The translations under genes and the position numbers were made by a program. The notes beneath the pieces were generated by a model. That model did not search any database, had not been told where the DNA came from, and saw only the letters and a list, made by a program, of their open reading frames with translations. A DNA stretch of 63,176 nucleotides, counting the filler, from Reticulomyxa filosa (Eukaryota; Protista; Foraminifera), in assembly GCA_000512085.1 (NCBI GenBank). It is 21 parts of 21 records of this genome, joined end to end, with 100 filler letters (N's around TTAATTAATTAA, not from the genome) between each part and the next. Parts side by side here need not be neighbours in the genome. Positions count along the whole stretch, not along the records: positions 54,394 to 58,046 come from ASPP01024764.1; positions 58,147 to 60,147 come from ASPP01013910.1; positions 60,248 to 63,176 come from ASPP01004612.1; 18 more parts are not named here. One strand, given 5' to 3'. Positions 54,294 to 63,176 of this stretch are shown here, piece by piece; within the stretch, counting starts at the first letter, position 1; each line of letters begins with the position of its first letter.

Positions 54294-55476
54294 NNNNNNN
54301 NNNNNNNNNNNNNNNNNNNNNNNNNNNNNNNNNNNNNTTAATTAATTAANNNNNNNNNNNNNNNNNNNNNNNNNNNNNNNNNNNNNNNNNNNNTTTTTCT
54401 TACGTTTGCCCCCTCCACTTCTATTGGACGTCAAATGGAATAAAGCCAATTTAAGAAAATTTAAAAAAAGTTTGTGACAAACGATTTGTAGAAATACTGA
54501 GTTTGTTGAGCGCTATTTATTATATTCCAATAGTTCAGACAAAAAGTTAATGTTCTTCATTTTAAATTCTTTTCAAGTTAATTGCAACTTGATCACATAA
54601 AAGCTGAACGGATTAAAAAAATATCAAATAAAAAAAAGTTAAATGAAAGCAAGAATAAACAGCAAGAATAAACGTTTCGTTGCCTCATGACAAATATTGA
54701 TGCATAATAAAAAAGAAAGGTGATTCAATTTGGCTTAGTTAGAAGGCAATTTATCACTTCTCTTATTGACAATATTGATGTATTTCAATAAGATCAAATT
54801 CAATTATTAAATACATTATTTTATTGGTCATGTAGTATACATTTTCTTAATTTGTATTCAAATCTGAAATGGGGTAAAAGAAATCAAAATAAAAAAGAAA
54901 AGAAAAGAATGTTGCTGATTGTTTCATAGCATTTGAAGATTTTAGATTGGATATATGAAAATGATAATGCATTTGAATATCTGAAATTGTATGCATTTTA
55001 TATAAGTAAACAATCTGTTGTTTATTTGAGTTTGTCTGCAGAAAGAAAAATTGCTCAAGCAATTGTTTGCTAAAAAGAAAAAACTGCATTCCGTTCATGC
55101 TGCCGTAGGTCTGTTTTGAATTTCAGTTACAAAAAAAGGGGTGCAAACACGAACTTAGGTCTCAACTGAATAAAAAGTAATTCTTTCCAGCAGAAGCACG
55201 ACTTTGAAAATAAAACTTAAAGGCACAGCAAATTTTATAATTTAAAATTAAAAAGGAAAAACATAACTGCAACATTTCTCACATACATTTTTATTGAATA
55301 GTCTATTGTTTACAGATATGAATTGAAATAAATTTTCAGGTGGAAGCATCAATCAAAAAATAACAAAACCATGTACAAATCCAACTTAACAAAAGTTTTA
55401 GTTAAAAAAAACTCTAAACATTTTAAACAAGTCTACATCTTAATTTTGTCACAGCCACAAGTGGAAAAGTTAAAAC

Positions 55477-57070
55477 ATGGGCGCGCCTGGTGCTCGAAAA
55501 GCAAAACAAAACAGAAAAAAAGAAAGGATTCTAGTACACGAAACTTCAAGACCAAAAGAAAAAAACAAAGAAACAAATGATACAAATAAAACTTCAGAAA
55601 TAAAAAAATATAATGAGAATAGAGAGCTGAATGCAACGAAAGAAAAATTAAAGCAATGTTACCAATCACAAGACAAGTTGTATCCATTATTTGATGATCC
55701 TGAGCAATCTATTGATACAACAATTAATAAATTAGAAGTACGCCACATTAATATTCAAGGAGAAGCAAGGAGTGGAAAAAGTGCGTTGTCTCAAAGGATT
55801 GCATATTTGTGGGGAAATGATCAGATGTTGAATCATCAATTTCAGTATCTATTGCATATCCCTTTGAGAAAAAAAATTATCAAAGCTTTTCATCACATTA
55901 ATGACAATTGTGATGATCAAAAGAAAGATCAAAGTAATGATGATATTGAATACTTGTGGTCAATAGTTATGAATGAATTACATATTTCACGATGGGATTT
56001 AAATGGCACTAAATGCATTATTAATTCAATGATTCCAATCACAAGATATTCAAAATTATATCAATGTTTATTTCAAAAATAACAATGAATCAAATGCATT
56101 GATGAAGAAATTGAACAATAATTGAAGTTTAAAATTATTGAGTCATACACCTTTGTATTTGAAATTATTTTGTTATTTGTCAAGACAAGATAAATCTTCA
56201 TCAAATAATGATAAATGAGATGAAATGACTCTTTCGCAATTGTATGAGACATTGTTGAAAAGTTATATGAAATGAAATTGAATGAAGTCAAATGGATTGA
56301 ATAACAAATTAAATGATGGCAAGATATTTAAGATGTTTGAAATGGAAATGGATTATTTATCTGAAATTGCATGGGAAGGATTAAAATGTGGACAAGCAAT
56401 AATTTCTTGTGAAATCCAACAAAAAGTATTACATATGATAAAAAATATATATCCATGTAAAGATATTTCAGTGATATCTCAATGATCTAGAATCAATTCA
56501 TTTGGATTTATTCAAGGACATGAATAAAGCAAAAAATCAATCAGATGATTCAGTGTATTTCCCTCATTTGACATTCCAGGAATAGATTATTTGATGAATT
56601 GTTTGTATGAATTAAATGAATCAAAAGAACATGAACAAGTATATTCAATTTTGATGAATGAACAACTGACTCCAAGATATTCGGTGATGATTCCATTCAT
56701 GTGTGCAATATTGTATAACAATATCATTTCCAAGAAAGATCCATCAGGATCAGGTTTATTATATTTCTGGAAATTATTGCATTTATCACTACCCCAAATT
56801 GTTCCAATTCATCAAATGATGTTATTTATGCATTGCTTGGATGCTTGTAAAGCAGACACTGATAGCTCATTTCTTTCATCGCAGCTCCAAATTTGTCATA
56901 AATCACTTGTTGATTCATTCAAACCATGGATCATTTCTTGGATTCATTTTGACAAAGATAAAGATTATGCTTATGAAAAAAATATGTGGAATGATTACAA
57001 GAGAATTCTTGATAAGCCATTAGACAAATTGATGGAATTACATTTGCTTATTTCAAATCAAATGATTTAG
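55477..57070 (+). pseudogene. NACHT NTPase pseudogene
   Basis: IQGEARSGKSALSQRIAYLW..FQYLLHIPLR (Walker A), YLSEIAWEGL and YFPHLTFQE*. The Walker B region is missing and there are several stops. Confidence 0.85.
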
Positions 57071-59396
57071 ATATTGATAAAAACAAAGAATGGTTGAAGG
57101 AATACATTAAGAATGCAACAATATTGAAAGATAGTGATATTAATGAGAGCATGACGCATTTATATTGTAGTGGTAATAATCCTCCTCGAATAGTAAAAGA
57201 TTGGCCATATCGTCCAATTCAAAAAGATGCAGAAAATTGTTACATATTTAATAAAACTAATTACAATGCTATCATTAATGAAGAAAGATCCAAATACAAC
57301 GGAAGTGAGAACAGAGTAAAAGGTGGAAAGACCTTACATATATCGAATATGAAGAAATATATAATGGAATGGCAATGACACAAACTCTTGTGTTTGATTT
57401 TCAGTTGATTCCATTTTTTTCCTCTCTTTTTTTAATTAATGCCTTTTTTCGACAAAAATTAAAATGCTAAGCTGATGAGGCAATCTATTAGCAATAATGT
57501 TCAATCCAGAAATTAATTCAATTTTGTTTGTGATTTTTTTCTTTTAGCTTTTGAAAAAGCACGGATGATTATTCTAAGCTTTGCAACTTCATATTTATTT
57601 TGATTTTGCACAAACATATTCACAACAAACTAAGCTTTTCAAAAAAAAAAGAAAATTGATTAATATTTTTAATTTTGAAGCATTTTCTAAACATTTTTTT
57701 ATTTCTAGCACTTGACGTCTTTCAATTTCAGAATGTCACATAAGGGAGGGTGCAAACGGAGGAGAAAGATCGAGTGAAGAACTTTGACTATTTTAACGGC
57801 CATGCAATTCTCGTTGATATTGATGTCAATGCATGTATTAAATGCACTCCTTGTTATGTCGAGTGCGAATACATCCAACACAAGCAAGAGCGTGACGGAA
57901 GAACAAACGTACTCAAATTACCACAACAATATAGTCATGCTGGTAGCATCATTGAACAAATTGATCAGCTACATCAACTGCACGTGGATGTCAAAAACAT
58001 GGAAATGTGCAAAATACCTACAAATTTACAAATTGGCAATCATATCNNNNNNNNNNNNNNNNNNNNNNNNNNNNNNNNNNNNNNNNNNNNTTAATTAATT
58101 AANNNNNNNNNNNNNNNNNNNNNNNNNNNNNNNNNNNNNNNNNNNNTTACTGTGCTATATGAATGATTAACAATGACAAAAAAATTTTAAAATTTATATC
58201 GATATCTTTTCATTTCTTATAGAACAAGACGTCCTGAATCCAAATCTGAAATCAGAAAGTTTCTACGATGAATAGATACTTATTTTTTTTATTTTGTCAA
58301 ATGCCAAACAAATCAAGCTAATTCAAAAAGATAAGAATTACATTGATCGAAACGAAGAAAGAGTTTAATGCAAGAATTGACCAATATTGATGCAACAAAT
58401 GTCACATTGCAAATTTCGGTGTGTGAAAGTTTGGCGTTAAGTATGTGCTTACTAGCATAAAAATGGAACAGTCTTGCCCTCATCAGTCAGTTGTAGTCAA
58501 AATCATTTACTGCAATGCAGGTAATTAAAGTTCACATAGACGGAAATTTTTTTTAAGATGTCTTCATTAGATAAAATGCAGGTTAAAAAATATTGATAAG
58601 TAAAAACAAATGTATTTTAAATTAAATGAAAAAAGTAATTTATGAGATAATATTAACGACTCTTTTAAATAATTAAGTTTGCTTTAATCGATTATTATTT
58701 AATTTGCTGTTTATTGATTTGAAGTTTTATGTAGTTTAATTATTTTGATGATACTGAATATTACTTTTTCAACTGCATGTGCTTTCAAATACAGTATCTA
58801 TGTCGAGCATTACTTCAATTATTTTGGTATTTTAGTCGTTGCTCATCGAGTACTTCTACGCTCTCATTTGACCATCATGCCGTCTGCTTAATCAACCTAC
58901 AATTGTAATTCTTTAACATTCTTGACATCTTAGTCTTTCACATTTGAAAGATTATGATATTTATTGATATCAAAGATTTCAATGTCAAATTCTCTTGTTT
59001 CTTTTTTCGAAAATATTGCAAACTTAAACAACAATAAATCTGTTGAATCAACTATTCTAATGTTAAATCTTAAAAAAAAACGTTAAATCTTTCTTTTATC
59101 AATTTTTTCATTTCATCCACAATTACATATGCTTGATCCTATTTATTTTTTAAAAGTATAAAAAATAAACAAATTTACAACAAAATAAATAAAAGAAAAT
59201 ACAAAACTTCATTTTCTTTTTTTTTTGTTATAATTTTGATTATTCTATTTCAATACACACAATATTTTATTTGAAAAACAAAACAAAACATAACATATTT
59301 GTCAAATTCATGAATCCATCCTAATTTAATATTTAATACTAATTGTTTTAAATGAGATTATTATTTTTAAAATTTCTTCACTTTGTTTTGTTTCAT

Positions 59397-59860
59397 TCAA
59401 TTCTTCCTATGTTTGTATTTGATTATTTTGAATTTCAACCGAACAAATAATGCATATGTTGACAAATGGTTGTAAAAGTATATAATATTTACATTATGTT
59501 TTGTGCAAATGTCAAATGCGCTTTGGCATTGTTCAGTTTGCTGTTTGAATTGAGTAATAATTTGATTCATTTCTGATTTCGATTGTCGGATGTCATTTGT
59601 TAATTCAATTATTTGTGTATCCGTTTTCACAGGTTCATGTTGTTGAATTGGACATTTGCCATTGTTTTGTTTCAAATAACATTGTAGACATTCCTCTCCA
59701 AACAAGTACACTTGTTTTGCATTTTTTACAAAGACAGCAGATTAATGAATTTAATTTCTGTGGCTTGTTGGTTACAAACCCAATCTTTGTTATAACAGCC
59801 AGAACTGGAAAATGTTTCTTTTTTCTTAAACAACAAAGTAAGATAAAACATATCTTTCAA
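59397..59860 (-). pseudogene. TRAF-type RING/zinc-finger family remnant
   Basis: SGCYNKDWV..., then GEECLQCYLKQNNGKCPIQQHE and a coiled-coil; frameshifted with deletions. Confidence 0.65.
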
Positions 59861-59956
59861 TGCTACATTCAATCAAATCAAATATTATCTTACGTTTTCT
59901 TTTAGTCAAAATTTTTAAACAAAAAAACTTTAATTTCTTGTTTGACAAAAAGTAAA

Positions 59957-60147
59957 TTATCCCCAAATATGAATGGGACCTTTGACTGAACCATAACACA
60001 AATTCAAGTCATATGATACATTCTTTGTCTTGTCTTTCTTTTTCAATACAATAAATTTAAGACAAATTATTCCATCCCCTTCTTCATTATCTCCTTTAAT
60101 CACATATAACTCATTCTTATTTGATCGAATATCCCAAAAACGAATTG
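59957..60147 (-). CDS. WD40-repeat protein C-terminus
   Basis: IRFWDIRSNKNELYVIKG...IICLKF...NLCYGSVKGPIHIWG*. Confidence 0.8.
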
Positions 60148-60353
60148 NNNNNNNNNNNNNNNNNNNNNNNNNNNNNNNNNNNNNNNNNNNNTTAATTAAT
60201 TAANNNNNNNNNNNNNNNNNNNNNNNNNNNNNNNNNNNNNNNNNNNNGCGTTGTCTGTTGAACAAACAACAAAAAGCCAGCTTTCCCTTTTTTCCCGAAT
60301 ATGTCACTAATATCCTAAGATCAATCTAAAAGTAACAAATTCCAAACATCAAG

Positions 60354-63176
60354 ATGTTTGAAAGTAATGCGATTGCATCCATTCTTGGAGGTGTTGGGCA
60401 TGCACCAATAGCAAAGGAAGACCCAGATGGTACAACAAAAAACACTAAAGAAGGGAGGAAAAAAAGGCGGTCATAAACTTTTATGAAAAAAAATATGAAC
60501 ACATAAACCAAAAAGAATGGGAGAGCGACGATGAAGACGAAGTGCAGAGACCCAAAACCAAAATTGAAATAAGACAAGAGCGAAGAAAGCAAAAATTATT
60601 ACAAAGATTGCACAAGCATTTGAATCATCGGCGAAGTCAATATTTGGGACCGATCGAAGAAGACTCTTGGTGGAGACTTTTGTTATTTCAGTCATTCCGG
60701 TCTAGCAGAGAAGGCAAAGAACACCGACAAGACGAATTGAATTTACGAGCCGAATTAGTTAGTCTCGTCGTCGAACAAGAAGAACACGATCCAAGGAGGG
60801 CATGGCTGAAATTGTTTACCGATTTGATTTTCGTTGCTGTGGTTGGTATGTTTGTAGTATACGTACATGCATCTTTTTTATTTATTAAGATAAACATACG
60901 ATATGAGAAAACAAAAATAAATTAAAATAAAAAGTGAAATTTGGAAGTGTAGTGTCAGATAACTACATGATAAATACGGCACATGGAGATTTGAATGGAA
61001 TATTTTCGACGCTATTAGAAAATGTAGTATTTTTTGTTCCATTTTTTATGTTGTGGCTGGAATTGAATATCACATTGATTCGATTTGGTGACATTCGAGG
61101 AAAGATGGCCGGCATCATTGACGATTGCTTACTATTTTTGTTTTTATTTGCGCTTACGTGTTCGTCAACGCAAATAATGCCACAAGAAAAGCTGTTCACC
61201 TCGAGACACTCCACCAACTTTGTTGTTTGCTTAATTATACAAACCTTCATACTATGGCTACTGCATGTTTTTTACTATCGCCAAGTTCCTGCCAGTCGCG
61301 AGTTTGGCTCAATTTCTATAAATACACCTTTTTTTTTGTGAACCATTAGTTTACAAAAATTACTTACCTTTTTTTTTTTGAATTAAAAAAAAGCTATTGC
61401 AAAAGGCGATTGTGGACTTATGCGACCGCAGTGGCAATATTTTGTTTTGGTATTTGGTTTCCTTTGCGAGCGGTGACAATATTAAGCGGGAGCGCGGTGA
61501 TTTTGTATACGTCAGTGGTTTCATTTCGTATTCACCCGAAAGCTTTCGACAGTGATGTTAGTGTCGCCAAAACGTATCAAAATCCAGTCATTGATTTTTG
61601 CACTGCGCGTTTTGGGATAGGGATTATGATCATTTTGGGACAGTCAGTTATTGCCATCATGATCGTGGTGACCGAAGTTCACGCAAAACAGTACTTTACT
61701 GTGTTTTTTGGGTTCGCCATTGTTTATATATTGAAACTGATGTATTTCGATAGTGATGCCAAAGATGAAGGGCATGGTTAATTTTTATTTTTTTTCCTCC
61801 TCATGAAAATAAAAAATGGGCCCATTTTTTTTTTTTTTATTTGTACACGTAATTGCAAACATTAACCTTTTTTTTTAACACAACCCCTCTCTCCCCCTTC
61901 CATTTTTTTAAGCGTTGAATGAACTCGAGTTTCCAGGGAGCATAGTGTGGGTTTCGGCGCATTTCCCACTAACTTTTTGTTTACTGGAGCTTGGATGTGG
62001 GTTGCAGCTTTTGTTTTTTGCAGCGGACTTGCCCGTGTGTCCGATGGCGTTTCGTGTGATAATTTCGATAAGCGTGAGCCTTTCCATTGCGATTATACTG
62101 CTTATTCGCACAGCACATGAGAAGTTCATTTGGAGCATACCGAGTTTTGTGCGATTTATTCCATTGATACTGTGTCCTTTCGGTGTGTATTGGACCCAGA
62201 CCTCTACCGACATGATCATTTGGTGCTTCCTTATCGCTATCCTTTCGAGATTAATGGATGGCTATTTGCTCTTCAATTACGAAATTATGCCAAAGCATTT
62301 TGACAAGATTGTACCAGTTTGGATTTGTGTTCTTTTTGTTTTGTTTGCGTATGTCGTCACAAAATACATAAACATAACAATGGAAAGATGGCACATTTTA
62401 TATACCCGCCGGCTGAACACAAGTGGGACTATCTGCTGTATGACTGGCTCACATGTAATACTGAGGGACGGGAGTTGGAAGTTCCTCTTCTCCACACCAG
62501 GAAAATGACAGCTGATGGAAGCCAAGTGCGACGACGAAAGGAATCTATCATCAACTTATCTCATACAATTGATAGGTCGCACTTTTCACCCAAAAGGACC
62601 GACGTGCGCACCTCGGTTACTCATGAGATATCCGTCCATCATCTTCAGCCCATTTCACTTGAAACACTAAAAGAAAATGAACACGAAAATGAACACGAAA
62701 ATGAACATGAGCATGAAAAGGATCAAGGCCAAGACAAAAAGAAACAAGAAAAAGAAAAAGAAACAAAAAATGCAAATGAAAATGACAATGAAAAAGAAAA
62801 AGGAAAGGAAGAAAATACAGTACATGGAGCTAAAAGCGATAATAATGAAGATACCAGTGATAACAGTAGCGATAGTGACGACATAAGTGAATCATCAATA
62901 TCGAAAGAACAACCACTACCGATATCGACCCCTCGACACGCCCATCGCAACAGTCATAGCCAGCATGTGCATTTCCAAAACGAGCACAGCCATCTCCATC
63001 ATTTTCATCATGACTTTAGTCATCATCCCCATCATGATTTCAGCCATCATCATCATGATTATCTCCATCATGATTTTAGCCATCATCACCGTGATTATCA
63101 CCATGATCCTAGTCATTACCATCACGATCATCACCACGATCATCATCATGATCATCATCATGATCTTAGTCATCAT
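60354..63176 (+). CDS. Low temperature requirement A (LtrA, PF06772)-like multipass membrane protein with an acidic and His-rich tail; runs off the window
   Basis: WLKLFTDLIFVAVV, ARFGIGIMIILGQSVIAI and WVSAHFPL. Introns 60430-60515, 60846-60933, about 61302-61393, 61777-61912 and 62311-62387. Confidence 0.8.

Larger units (their letters stand above)
3127..60247. other. 20 artificial contig linkers N44-TTAATTAATTAA-N44, each 100 nt, starting at 3127, 10318, 15246, 17520, 19228, 22657, 24718, 30473, 32346, 40758, 42908, 44492, 46707, 47981, 49260, 50360, 51535, 54294, 58047, 60148
   Basis: Identical 100-nt blocks with a six-frame stop core. Genes are truncated at them. Confidence 0.98.

Noticed and set aside
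3127-60247. Recurring TTAATTAATTAA as a CRISPR repeat or biological repeat
   Set aside because: It is always centred in N44 flanks: an artificial six-frame stop linker.
1-63176. tRNA, rRNA, operons or prokaryotic defence systems
   Set aside because: None recognisable; the DNA is spliced eukaryotic sequence in unlinked fragments.

Overview
This is not one locus. It is 21 short contigs of an AT-rich, intron-containing eukaryotic genome, joined by 20 artificial 100-nt linkers (N44-TTAATTAATTAA-N44, stops in all six frames), so adjacency across a linker means nothing. The gene families (kelch-like, WD40 ending in 'GPIHIWG', TRAF/RING, NACHT, RNF213-like, many CAP-Gly), the abundant pseudogenes and the simple repeats resemble the foraminiferan Reticulomyxa filosa; this is recognition, not a database result. 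Recognisable genes, mostly partial and spliced: MRNIP-like, V-ATPase E, PF13796-like sensor membrane protein, CAP-Gly proteins, an ART-domain protein, a C45/Ntn hydrolase, ADAT2, mitochondrial uL4, a BIRC6/UBE2Z-type E2, an inositol 5-phosphatase, GH38 mannosidase, PP2A B56, a PNPOx-like flavoprotein, a BAHD-like transferase and an LtrA-like membrane protein with a His-rich tail. There is also a deleted Tc1 transposase and several pseudogenes. Most interesting: (1) many introns have degenerate donors, A-rich AAG/GAG acceptors without a polypyrimidine tract, and self-complementary stems, suggesting structure-assisted intron definition; (2) a probable CAP-Gly-PP2A B56 fusion; (3) an intact R-S-E-type ADP-ribosyltransferase with a CUE/UBA-like tail. 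Several frameshifts fall in homopolymer runs and are probably sequencing errors. All exon models are read by hand.
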